This document shows, in pieces, positions 50,887 to 60,711 of a stretch of 64,000 nucleotides of DNA. A model generated the notes under the pieces. The model worked only from the letters and a program-made list of their open reading frames with translations, had not been told where the DNA came from and did not search any database. The stretch's first letter is position 1; every line of letters begins with the position of its first letter. The translations under genes were made by a program, and so were the position numbers. This DNA is from Candidatus Latescibacterota bacterium (lineage in GTDB: Bacteria; Latescibacterota; UBA2968; UBA8231), in contig OZ242318.1 in the NCBI GenBank assembly GCA_965208105.1, positions 2,912,001 through 2,976,000 of the forward strand. Direction: 5' to 3'.

Positions 50887-50932
50887 TTTGATTAATTCCC
50901 AAAAATTATTTTAACAAACCATCCATTCAAAC

Positions 50933-50970
50933 AAAAAGAGGTCTCTGTGCCATTTGAACACAGAGACCTC
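50933..50970 (-). terminator. Rho-independent terminator
   Basis: Perfect 12-bp stem GAGGTCTCTGTG/CACAGAGACCTC preceded by an A-tract on +. Confidence 0.75.
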
Positions 50971-50991
50971 CTTCGGTGGGGTATCGAGGAG

Positions 50992-52119
50992 CTATCGCAG
51001 CAGAAGCATTTTTCTTGATTGGACAAATTCATCAGCCTCCATTCTGTAAAAATAGACGCCATCCGCTGCCCGCCTTCCGGTATTGTCGGTCCCATCCCAT
51101 TTGAGCAGGTGATACCCGGGTTGCACCTCAGCATTCAACAAGGTTGTAACCAACTGACCCAATTCGTCGTAGATAGCAACTTTGACGGAAATTTGATCCG
51201 GAACATGGAAGGAGATGGTAGTCTCGGGGTTGAATGGGTTAGGATAGTTTGGATTAAGGATATAATTCGTAGGCTGGGCGGCAGCAACTGGCTTATTACT
51301 TACGGCAACACTTTCTGCAATTACGTCGTCAATATAAACGTACTGGGTTTGTGGTGAGGGAAGGCCTCCTCCAATATGATTGTTCACCCAAAGCTCTGTT
51401 ATTTTTGCTTCATTATCATCAATATACCGCATATTCGTTCGATTTACTTTCAATACGTTATTGAGCCATACTCTCAAAATGCCATCGTTATTCCCACCGC
51501 TTGATGTAACAGTATTCACTCTGACGTACATTTTTACATCAAACCAAGTATTTACTTCTACAGTGCCTACATCAATGTTATCACCGCAATCACCGAAGGA
51601 GGAGGGGATGTCATAGTGGTAGACATAAGCAAAGAGCTTATAGTCACCGTTCTCCAACTCCTTATACCCCATCCTAGATGACCACCCTTCGTAACCATTT
51701 GTACCTGGTTGCTTGCAACCCCACCCCCCATTCCTTCTGCCTGCCAATCCGGGCATTTTGCCAGCTTTTCCTACTTGAGCGAGATCAAATCCATCTTGAA
51801 ATTTGAATTTATATTTCAGTGTCACCCAATTGTGTTCTGTTTCCGACTTTAGATAGGAACCCGAATCGTCAACGCCACCGAAATAATGTCTAAGAGACCC
51901 GCCGTAAAAAGAATTTGCCTTGTATTTTACTTTTAATTTTCCATTCTCTAGACTCAAATTTTGTGTTTCACCCCCTCGGTTCCAGCCAGTGGTGCTTGAT
52001 GTATTGTAATTGTTTGAGCCTGGATCTGAGAAGTCTTCAGAGAAGACTATAATGCTAGCTTGTACCTGGGCAACCCAAGCAATCAAGCAAAATAGAATGA
52101 GTGAAAATCTTAGCGCCAT
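50992..52119 (-). CDS. Secreted polysaccharide lyase (PL14-like) with C-terminal FlgD-Ig/Por-type sorting domain
   Basis: Signal peptide; GKMPGLAG, GWSSRMGY, YVYH, DGILRVW; NYPNPFNPETTI...WDGTDNTG...GVYFYRM...KMLLLR; AGGAGG RBS at 52119. Confidence 0.75.
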   Translation of the reverse strand: MALRFSLILFCLIAWVAQVQASIIVFSEDFSDPGSNNYNTSSTTGWNRGGETQNLSLENGKLKVKYKANSFYGGSLRHYFGGVDDSGSYLKSETEHNWVTLKYKFKFQDGFDLAQVGKAGKMPGLAGRRNGGWGCKQPGTNGYEGWSSRMGYKELENGDYKLFAYVYHYDIPSSFGDCGDNIDVGTVEVNTWFDVKMYVRVNTVTSSGGNNDGILRVWLNNVLKVNRTNMRYIDDNEAKITELWVNNHIGGGLPSPQTQYVYIDDVIAESVAVSNKPVAAAQPTNYILNPNYPNPFNPETTISFHVPDQISVKVAIYDELGQLVTTLLNAEVQPGYHLLKWDGTDNTGRRAADGVYFYRMEADEFVQSRKMLLLR

Positions 52120-52865
52120 GATTAATCCTCCTTGTGGAAAGTTAGAAGGATTAACATGGTGATTTAAAACAACCTTGTCAAGTTCTGCAATTTCCGCATC
52201 CTTTGGCAAGCGCAAGAGATATTTTCGAAAGTACACGGGTAACCATTTCTCCTCCAATGATCATCTGGAGGAGGTGATCAGGTGTCTGAGATCGAAACCT
52301 CGATAAGGATCCTGGGAATGATCATTTCTGCAATCCAGGTATAAATGCACACTCTACAAAGGGTTATACCACAATCTGGCAAAAATCGCGTGCTGGGGGC
52401 AGAGAATTACCAAGATGGAGGGTAAGGAAAGGGATGAATGACAATGCAGATTTATCATCAAAATGCGTGCGTTGGGGGTTCGATCCGTCCGAGGGAAGGC
52501 TGCGAGCCAAGTAGCAAGCAGATCGGGCGAACCGAGCAGCCCTACTTTCGGAGGAGACGGGAGGTGGCCTCATATCGCCTTGGCCTGCTGACCCTCGGAA
52601 CCAGATTCGGGCATGATCAACAGGATGGCTGAAAACTCATCCCCTCAGGGTGGCCCCTGTATACTTCCACTTCTACATTATCGACATTCCTCCACCACCC
52701 CGGAAACAATTCCGGTCATTGGGAGGAACAAGGCTTCCTCTACTCTTCTGAAAAGAAGATGCTCCACTGCTGTGAGCAAGAATATCGGTTTTTCGTCACG
52801 ATAAATGAGGAGAGAGAAAACACCGAATACAAACTGCAGATTCCAATCTCCAAGGACGTGTAGGC

Positions 52866-53651
52866 ATGGTTTTCAGCAGATATAGGTGTTTGTTTTTCCT
52901 GATCTTCTGTCTGCTCAATTCTCCCCTTCTGGCAGAAACCTGGATGGGCCTGGAAGTCGAGCAGGAGAACCGGTGCTCTGCCTATAACCGGAGCCGGGAC
53001 TATCCCTATTCCCAATCGCTGGAGCCTGCCATAGCCGCCCGGATGGGGGGCATTCGATGCCGATATACGGGCAAGATCTACCGGAGCTTGCGACAGACCG
53101 ACATCGAGCACGTAGTCGCCTTGAGCGAGGCCCACGACTCAGGCCTGTGCGCAGCTGATTCGGCCACGAAGCGGAGATTCGCCAACGATCTGTTGAATCT
53201 GACCTTATCTGATCCCGCCGTGAATCGCTACCAGAAGGGAGGGAAGGATGCCGGGGAATGGATTTCGAAGATTGATCCACGTGGGTTTGCCGAGACCATA
53301 ATCCGGGTGAAGCTTAAGTATGGCTTGAGCATTGATGAAACTGAGAGGGATGCCCTAGAGAAAGCCTTGGCAGGCGACTCACTCACAGTCCTTCCTGATT
53401 CCCTTGATGCCTTGGCGACTTCCCAGAAGGAGAAGAGTCCTCTCGACCTGTGGGACGATAATGGGAACGGCCAAATTACATGTGCTGAGGCGAGACGGCA
53501 TGGTATCGCTCCGGTTCCTCGAAACCATCCGGCATACGTCTTCATGAAGGATGGTGACGGTTGGGTCTGTGAGTGGTGGAATCGAAACCTCTATGGCGGC
53601 GGTGTTGGGGGTTGGAAATGGAGATTCGGAGGTAGTCCTTCGGATCGCTAA
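52866..53651 (+). CDS. Secreted HNH/DUF1524-like nuclease with Excalibur-like Ca-binding domain
   Basis: Signal peptide; DIEHVVALSEAHDSG, FANDLLNL...VNRYQKGGKD; DDNGNGQITCAEARRHG...DGDG. Confidence 0.75.
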   Translation: MVFSRYRCLFFLIFCLLNSPLLAETWMGLEVEQENRCSAYNRSRDYPYSQSLEPAIAARMGGIRCRYTGKIYRSLRQTDIEHVVALSEAHDSGLCAADSATKRRFANDLLNLTLSDPAVNRYQKGGKDAGEWISKIDPRGFAETIIRVKLKYGLSIDETERDALEKALAGDSLTVLPDSLDALATSQKEKSPLDLWDDNGNGQITCAEARRHGIAPVPRNHPAYVFMKDGDGWVCEWWNRNLYGGGVGGWKWRFGGSPSDR

Positions 53652-54193
53652 TGCCCTTCAATCCCGGTTTCCTGCGGTGAGGGGAGGAGGGGAAAAAATA
53701 CCTTTCTCTTCATAATGTTATACCACATTTGGTGCGGAATTCGCGCGTGGGTATTGTAGAATATTCTTCGGACAAGGGGAGTTTGGATCCGTTGCCGGAA
53801 AGTGCTCTTTTGTACAGTATTGGCGTTTTGACTCGGGCGAGGCTTATATTTCGCCGGTATTCAGTTGCCCACCGAACAATGCCGGAAGGTTTCCCCCGGC
53901 TGACGGTGATTTCGGGATTGTAACATTGGCCCATGGAGGACCTTGTGCAGGGGACCCCCCGGGGACCCCCCTATAAGAAGATAAAACCTCAGATGTCGTG
54001 CCTCCGTTGAGGAGTATAGGAGTCCTCCATCTGAGAGGAAGCCGAATTGCTCCGGGAATCACCCTGAGCAGGGCAACTGGCTAAAGTATTCAGCATCCAA
54101 CAATTGATTCCACATCTTTCCCGGGCACGAAGAGGCAGGCGGAGTGGGGCATTGCTAGCGGCAATGATGATGGGATTCCAGCGAGATAAACTC

Positions 54194-56011
54194 ATGGAGA
54201 ATAATCCATTCCAGACCCGCGAGCCCTCGGTCAGTGACAACCCCCGTCTCCGCACACCCCAGCGGGAGGCATACGCCGAGCTTGCCCGTTTTGCTGGAAA
54301 CCCGGACGAGCAGGAGCGCGAGGTCGGAATCGTCCTGCCAGTCGGCTGCGGGAAATCAGGCTGCATCACGATTGCCCCTTTCGCCTTTCGCGCCACCCGC
54401 ACACTAGTCGTGGCCCCTGGCGTCAAGATTGCCCAGCAGCTTTACGATGACTTCGACCCTGCGCGCCCGGATATGTTTTACATCAAGTGTGGCGTCCTGA
54501 ACCGCCCACCTTATCCCGAGCCGGCGGAAATCCGGGGCGGGACCACAAACCGGACCGATCTGGAAGAAGCAGACGTTGTATTGACCAACATCCAGCAGCT
54601 GCAGGGCGACGAAAACCGCTGGCTCCAGAGTCTGCCGGACGGCTTCTTCGACCTCATCCTGTTCGACGAAGGACACCACAACGTCGCGCAGAGCTGGAGT
54701 ACCCTGAAAGCCAAGTTCAAGCAGGCCCAAATCGTCAATTTCAGCGCCACCCCACTGCGCGCCGACGGCCAACTCATGGCTGGACGCATGCTCTATTCCT
54801 ACCCGGTGTTTCGGGCTATTCAGGAAGGCTACGTCAAGCGCCTCAGGGCTATTGTCCTCAACCCCCAAACCCTCCGATATGTCCGCCGCGAGGACGAACA
54901 GGAGATCGAGGTCAGCCTTGAGGAGGTGCGTCGCCTTGGCGAGGAGGACGCCGATTTCCGACGCAGCATTGTGACCTCGTCCGAGACGCTCAACACGATA
55001 GTTGACGCTTCGATCCGTGAATTGGATAAGCGCCGTCAGGCTGCCGGCGACAACCGGCTCAAGATCATTGCGTCCGCGCTCAACTACGAGCACTGCCGCC
55101 AGATCGTGGAAGCGTATCGCTTCCGTGGCCGCCGCGCCGATTATGTACACTCACGAGAAGACAGCGTCGCCAACGAGCGGGTTCTACAGCGTCTCGAAAA
55201 TCACGACCTAGACGTGATCGTCCAGGTCCGCAAGCTCGGCGAGGGATTTAACCATCCCTTTCTTGCCGTCGCAGCGGTTTTCAGCATCTTCGCCAACCTC
55301 TCACCCTTCGTTCAGTTCGTTGGGCGCATAATGCGCGTCATCGAGGAAAACGCTCCCGACAGCGGCCTCAACCAAGGTAGCGTCGTCTTCCATGCTGGAG
55401 CAAACGTTGCCAGCAAGTGGACCGATTTCCAGGAATACAGCGAAGCCGACCGCGAGTACTTCGATCAGCTTCTCCCCATCGAGGGTCTCGATTTTAGCTC
55501 CGGCGACGAGCTTGAAGTGGAGCCCGCGTCCCGTGACTTCGGCGATGGCGAGCGCATTGACGTGCGCGGCCAGACGGCCATCCGGCTTGAAGAAATCCCC
55601 CTCATCGACGATCCCCAGGCTCTTGCCGCTCTTCAGATCCTTCTAGAGAAGGGCTACTCTTCAGACCAAGTGAAGCAGGCTTACGAGGAGCTTGAGCCTG
55701 TTCCAGTGACCCGCGTCCGGCAACGTCAGGCCATGCGCAGCAGCCTCGACATGCGCGTGCGCACAGAAACCGGACGAATTCTCCAGGAGCGCGGAGTCAG
55801 ACCGGGGGGTACGAATCTGGACAATCAGCGCCTTGGCAGAACCAATTTTGTCGTCCTGAAGGCTGCCATTGACCGGCAGGTGAACGCTGCCGTTGGCCGG
55901 CAGTCAAGGGAGCGTGGCGAGTTCACCCGGACGGAGCTGGACCAGATCGAACGGGATTTTGCGGGTATCGTCGCCCGCGCAGTACAGGAGGTCTTAGGTG
56001 CCGCGAATTAG
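54194..56011 (+). CDS. SF2 (ResIII-like DEAD/DEAH) helicase without recognisable nuclease domain
   Basis: LRTPQREA, LPVGCGKS, DEGHH, SATP, LGEGFN, QFVGRIMR; start MENNP at 54194. Confidence 0.88.
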   Translation: MENNPFQTREPSVSDNPRLRTPQREAYAELARFAGNPDEQEREVGIVLPVGCGKSGCITIAPFAFRATRTLVVAPGVKIAQQLYDDFDPARPDMFYIKCGVLNRPPYPEPAEIRGGTTNRTDLEEADVVLTNIQQLQGDENRWLQSLPDGFFDLILFDEGHHNVAQSWSTLKAKFKQAQIVNFSATPLRADGQLMAGRMLYSYPVFRAIQEGYVKRLRAIVLNPQTLRYVRREDEQEIEVSLEEVRRLGEEDADFRRSIVTSSETLNTIVDASIRELDKRRQAAGDNRLKIIASALNYEHCRQIVEAYRFRGRRADYVHSREDSVANERVLQRLENHDLDVIVQVRKLGEGFNHPFLAVAAVFSIFANLSPFVQFVGRIMRVIEENAPDSGLNQGSVVFHAGANVASKWTDFQEYSEADREYFDQLLPIEGLDFSSGDELEVEPASRDFGDGERIDVRGQTAIRLEEIPLIDDPQALAALQILLEKGYSSDQVKQAYEELEPVPVTRVRQRQAMRSSLDMRVRTETGRILQERGVRPGGTNLDNQRLGRTNFVVLKAAIDRQVNAAVGRQSRERGEFTRTELDQIERDFAGIVARAVQEVLGAAN

Positions 56012-56225
56012 ATCCCTTCTAATCCGAGCCAAGATGGACGAAGCTAAGCAAGCTCACAACTGCCAAGGCAATATCCGGCACCGCATCAAACGAGGTGAAA
56101 AGCGACTCAAGGTTCGCAACGGGAGGAGTTGGGATCACTACTGCCTCGAATGCGCCAAAACGATTGTCCTTCGCAACCTTGGCGAACTTGAAGCACTCGC
56201 TCGCGAACTGGGACTCGACCCGTGA
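55998..56225 (+). CDS. Small putative zinc-finger protein coupled to the helicase
   Basis: HNC-x5-H...HYCLEC; GGAGG RBS; 14-bp overlap with the helicase. Confidence 0.7.
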   Translation: MPRIRSLLIRAKMDEAKQAHNCQGNIRHRIKRGEKRLKVRNGRSWDHYCLECAKTIVLRNLGELEALARELGLDP

Positions 56226-56619
56226 GACAGGGATTCGGCCAGCCTTGCGCGATCCCTTTCACACCTCACGGTGGCGGGATGCCCTCGCCGGAAACCTCGT
56301 AGTTCCCCAGCCGACACCTCAATCCATATTCCCTGAACGACTCAGGCACACCGATCCTGACTTCGAACTCCTGGTCATAACCTGCAGACCCCAGGGGGAT
56401 CATCCTCCCACCGATCAGAGCCAGGAGGTTCCCGCCCCCCGACGCGGATCTGAAATGCTTCCGCAGAGGCTTCGAATTCACCCAAGGAAACCGTCAAAAT
56501 TCCCAAATCAATCTTGTTAAATTTGCTTCGGTGTTTATTCTTGACAATGAACTCTCGTCCGCCTTCCTTAAAACTGCAAACCATTTTGTTGAATTTCTCT
56601 CTCTGGTTACAGAGGTAAT

Positions 56620-57861
56620 TTGCCGTCGGAATACATCATGGCTACATGTAAGGTCCTACCCGATCAAGTATCGGTGTCGCCAGGAAAAATTGGTGCCATT
56701 CCACGCCTCATGGAAATTCCATGGGATTTTCCCAACTCTAACACCGGATATCTCACCCACAATCTTCATCCCTACCCTGCGAAATTTATACCTCAGATTC
56801 CCAGCTCCCTAATTGAGGAATTGTCGTCCCCAGGTGAAACCATCGCTGACATTTTCTGTGGAAGCGGCACCACCCTTCTTGAAACCCTAAGACTTAATCG
56901 AAATGCCATCGGCATAGATGCGAATCCCCTTGCCGTTTTGATCAGCCGGGCGAAGACAACCTCCCTTACCAGGGTTGATTTTCAGCAATTGGCGACTCAC
57001 ATAACGGCCTGCGAGCAACTTTGGCAAAAAGTGTGTCCACCAGTTGGAGACCTTTTCCATAAAGAGAAACCGTTCCGGTCTCTCGGCTGGAGACCATCGC
57101 CCAGTGTTTGCGAATTCTGGTTTACCCCCCACGTAGTTGAAGAACTGGCCGAACTGGGTGATCTGATTGATCGACTGAACACCCCCGCCTCCAAACAGTT
57201 CTGTGCAGTTGTCCTTTCCGCAATCATCGTCTCAGTTTCAAACCAAGATTCCGACACTCGATACGTCCGCCGGAATAAGGGGTTGGCACCTGGGGATACG
57301 GTGCAACGATATCTGGCACAGCTTTCTTCTTCCGTTCAAGCCGCAAAAGAGATGAGCGCCTTAATCAATCGTCAATTTTCCTGCACCGTTCATGATGCCA
57401 ACCTCTTGGACGCCCCAATTACTGAGCCATTTGACCTTGTTGTGACCTCGCCGCCATATCCCAACGCTTATAGCTATCATCTCTACCATCGCACACGCCT
57501 CATTTGGCTCGGGTATGATCCAGAACTGTTAAAGAAGGTGGAGATTGGCAGTCACCGCAAATACAGTGCAAAGGGTCGAAATCGGGCGACTCCGGAGACA
57601 TTCCGCAACGAGTTTCGAAAGGTTTTCCACTGGTTGAGACACCGCCTTCGAACCCGCCGCCATGCCTGTTTCGTCATCGGTGATTCTACCATAAACGGTG
57701 AACTAATCGACAACGCGTCCATACTTTCCGAGACCGGTTCCGGCGCTGGATTTAAGGAGGTCGCACGAATCAAACGAACAATTGCGCCCACCAAGAAGGC
57801 GTTCAACCCCAAGATAGGGAGGATCAAAACGGAGAGTATCCTGATTCTTCAAAAGGAATAG
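56620..57861 (+). CDS. N4-cytosine DNA methyltransferase (alpha-type), M1
   Basis: HPYPAKF, DIFCGSGTT (motif I) before VTSPPY (motif IV). Confidence 0.88.
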   Translation: MPSEYIMATCKVLPDQVSVSPGKIGAIPRLMEIPWDFPNSNTGYLTHNLHPYPAKFIPQIPSSLIEELSSPGETIADIFCGSGTTLLETLRLNRNAIGIDANPLAVLISRAKTTSLTRVDFQQLATHITACEQLWQKVCPPVGDLFHKEKPFRSLGWRPSPSVCEFWFTPHVVEELAELGDLIDRLNTPASKQFCAVVLSAIIVSVSNQDSDTRYVRRNKGLAPGDTVQRYLAQLSSSVQAAKEMSALINRQFSCTVHDANLLDAPITEPFDLVVTSPPYPNAYSYHLYHRTRLIWLGYDPELLKKVEIGSHRKYSAKGRNRATPETFRNEFRKVFHWLRHRLRTRRHACFVIGDSTINGELIDNASILSETGSGAGFKEVARIKRTIAPTKKAFNPKIGRIKTESILILQKE

Positions 57862-57863
57862 AT

Positions 57864-59465
57864 ATGAGCGAACTTGCCTGCCAGATCAAAGAGTACATCC
57901 AGCCGTTTGAGCGCCGGCTAGCGCTTCAAGAGTTGCACGCTTTGACGGATGGCCCCGTTGCCCCGATCAATGGGAGTCAGGCAACCGCAACTGCTTTTTC
58001 CATCCCATCATCGAGCGACGCTGCCATCCTACGAGAGAGACTTGCCTACTGGCACTCAGTTGGCAATGGTTGTAGGGGACTAACCACCCAACTTCGGGTC
58101 GAAGCGACCTTGGGAATTGCTTCCAACGGCATGGCCATTGGCGAACTTCGGGAGACCGTAAGAAGGCTGATACCTTCGAGACTACCAAATAAGCGATGTC
58201 TTCGCTATGCCACCCACGGTTTGCACGAATACAGGGGCAAATTTTTCCCCCAACTTGTCCGAGCGTTCATGAATATTGCAAAGCTACCAAAGGATGCTGT
58301 TGTCCTTGATCCCATGTGCGGTAGCGGTACCACACTAGTCGAAGCAAGACTGTCCGGTCGAAAATGCTACGGGCTCGACATGAACCCCCTTTCAGTGTTC
58401 GTAAGCGATGTCAAGTGTCAAGCTCTCACCTTCCATCCCGAGGCCCTTGCAACTGCCTACGGTGAAATCACTGAGGCACTCAGTGGAAAACATTCGGCAC
58501 ACGAAGACCCCCTACGTTATCTCTCTCTGCCTGATCAAGATCGGGAATATCTTCAACGTTGGTTTCCTCCCCAGACTCTCAACGAGCTTAACTGTATCGA
58601 ATCCGCGATTAGCCGACTGCCCACCATGCCAATTCGGAACTTCTACCGGATTTGCCTGAGCAACATCCTGCGAGCCGTCTCTTGGCAAAAAACCGATGAT
58701 TTGCGAATTCGAAGGGAAAAATTTGAACCTTCAACGGGCGACACAATTGACCGCTTTCTCGATACCGCCGGGCGCTCAACAAGAACTGTCCTGGCGTTTT
58801 TACTTGAACGAGGGAAAAAGGGTGTAGGAACTCACAAAGTACAAGAGGCGGACGCACGCTCAGCGACGAGCGCGCTGCCGGAATTGGTTGACAAAGTAGA
58901 TGCAATAATCACCTCCCCCCCCTACGCGACGGCACTACCCTATATCGATACCGACCGGTTGAGCCTGGTTTATCTCGGCCTGCTACGAAGGGCGGATCAC
59001 CGAGCCCTGGATTCCCTTATGATCGGCAACAGAGAGGTGACGGACCGGATTCGCGCGGCGCAATGGGAGTTTTACGAGGAGAAAAGAACCTTACTCCCTC
59101 GAAACACCCGAACTATGATTGAGCGAATTGACCGCCTAAACAAGGAACGCCCTTCAGGATTTCGGAGGAAAAACCTATCTGCGCTTTTGTCCAAGTACTT
59201 TTTCGACATGCGTGAGGTATTGCAGCAAATGTTCCTTTTATTGCGGCCGGGTGGTGAAATGTTCCTGGTAATTGGGAACAACCGTACGACGGCTGGCGGC
59301 CAGGCAATTCAGATCCGCACAGCAAACCACCTAAAGGAAATTGCTCGCTCTCTTGATTTCCAGGTGGTGGAGGATCTGTCTATGGACATGCTTGTATCCC
59401 GAGATATTTTTAGAAATAATGCAGTCGCCTCGGAGCAGATTATAAGGTTTAAGAAACCTCAATAG
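57864..59465 (+). CDS. N4-cytosine DNA methyltransferase (alpha-type), M2
   Basis: HEYRGKF, DPMCGSGTT, ITSPPY. Confidence 0.88.
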   Translation: MSELACQIKEYIQPFERRLALQELHALTDGPVAPINGSQATATAFSIPSSSDAAILRERLAYWHSVGNGCRGLTTQLRVEATLGIASNGMAIGELRETVRRLIPSRLPNKRCLRYATHGLHEYRGKFFPQLVRAFMNIAKLPKDAVVLDPMCGSGTTLVEARLSGRKCYGLDMNPLSVFVSDVKCQALTFHPEALATAYGEITEALSGKHSAHEDPLRYLSLPDQDREYLQRWFPPQTLNELNCIESAISRLPTMPIRNFYRICLSNILRAVSWQKTDDLRIRREKFEPSTGDTIDRFLDTAGRSTRTVLAFLLERGKKGVGTHKVQEADARSATSALPELVDKVDAIITSPPYATALPYIDTDRLSLVYLGLLRRADHRALDSLMIGNREVTDRIRAAQWEFYEEKRTLLPRNTRTMIERIDRLNKERPSGFRRKNLSALLSKYFFDMREVLQQMFLLLRPGGEMFLVIGNNRTTAGGQAIQIRTANHLKEIARSLDFQVVEDLSMDMLVSRDIFRNNAVASEQIIRFKKPQ

Positions 59466-60661
59466 TAGCCGTACCTTTTTCTTGAATTGCGAACATTCTC
59501 GGTACACAGGGAGAGACAGAAGGGGTATTGGCTCGACTCTTTGGGGATTACCTCAACAATATACTCATGGTTAGCCAGACCCTCTCTTTTTTCCATCCAC
59601 AGAATGTCGCCGATCCTTCCGGCACTGCGAAGTGCCTCGCTTCGCAACCTAAAATCGTGTTTATCAGGCCACGTCATCATATTTACCATGATTGACTTTC
59701 CTCTTAGGAGCATTCGGACATCCCGCCGATCAAATTTGCCGACCCTCTGTGGATCCGGTACGAAGCCTTCGGGCCAATTCCAGAATTCTGGGCTTGCGTT
59801 TCGGGCGCGGAGGGGAATAAATACCTCGGGTGATCGTTTTGAGGTTCCGGCTGAAGTCTGGCCCACGCCAACATCTGTGCGCTGAAGGATCATCACAAAA
59901 CCGGTGTGGCTATAGCCTGTGGATGGTGTTTCAGGAGTCCATGTGAGGCCGTCTCTTGCCACGGACTCCCCTTTACCTGAAGGTCTAAGGATTTGCGGAG
60001 CCCGGTTTTCAGTCCGGGCCTTGAACGGAACGAGCTTGCCTAACGGTGAGCCCTCGCCCTCCTCCGAGTCGACGGGGTCCCTGGCGGCCACCAATTCCAA
60101 GGGGATTAGGCCGATGGCTGTCAGATGATCCAGCAGGCCATGGTCAAGCTGACGAGCGGTACCAGTGGAAAGGTCTGCCCAGCCATCTAACATCTCCTCG
60201 ACCCCATGAAGGACCTTTGCGTGATCCGGGATCCCCAGATCCAATGAGAGGCGGAGTCCGGCTTCGTAGTTGGTGAATAACCCGCCTTCTGTAAGATTTC
60301 CCGACCCGATGATCACATCCGCGTTCGTAGCGGATTTGAAAAGATAGACCTTCGGGTGGAACGTCAAGGGTAGGCGATTATGGAATACAATTACGCGGTT
60401 GTTCGGGGAAAGCGCATCTAGCAAATCCCGTAGTCCCTCTGAAGACGTACCACGGTGATCAATACCGGCTATAATCTCGACCTGGGCACCTCGGGAAAAG
60501 GTCGCGAGCCTTTCCTTAACATGCCGAGTTCCCGAGAGCTTGACGAAGGCGATGGCAGCCCGAAAGTGAGTCCAAGCTCCCTCGAAGTTATTCAGAAGGT
60601 AGTCCCCGAGTCGGTTAGACCCTGATGGTTGATTGATAAATTCCATGAAATCCAAAATCAA
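59459..60661 (-). CDS. PLD-family restriction endonuclease (BfiI/NgoFVII-like)
   Basis: AIAFVKLSG, FHPKVY, IGSGNLT..G..NYE HKD-type site; C-terminal DNA-binding-like region; convergent with two MTases. Confidence 0.8.
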   Translation of the reverse strand: MILDFMEFINQPSGSNRLGDYLLNNFEGAWTHFRAAIAFVKLSGTRHVKERLATFSRGAQVEIIAGIDHRGTSSEGLRDLLDALSPNNRVIVFHNRLPLTFHPKVYLFKSATNADVIIGSGNLTEGGLFTNYEAGLRLSLDLGIPDHAKVLHGVEEMLDGWADLSTGTARQLDHGLLDHLTAIGLIPLELVAARDPVDSEEGEGSPLGKLVPFKARTENRAPQILRPSGKGESVARDGLTWTPETPSTGYSHTGFVMILQRTDVGVGQTSAGTSKRSPEVFIPLRARNASPEFWNWPEGFVPDPQRVGKFDRRDVRMLLRGKSIMVNMMTWPDKHDFRLRSEALRSAGRIGDILWMEKREGLANHEYIVEVIPKESSQYPFCLSLCTENVRNSRKRYGYY

Positions 60662-60711
60662 TATTTAACCCCATTCACCCGTTGGAACCATCGCTTTGCC
60701 AGGGAGGTCAT

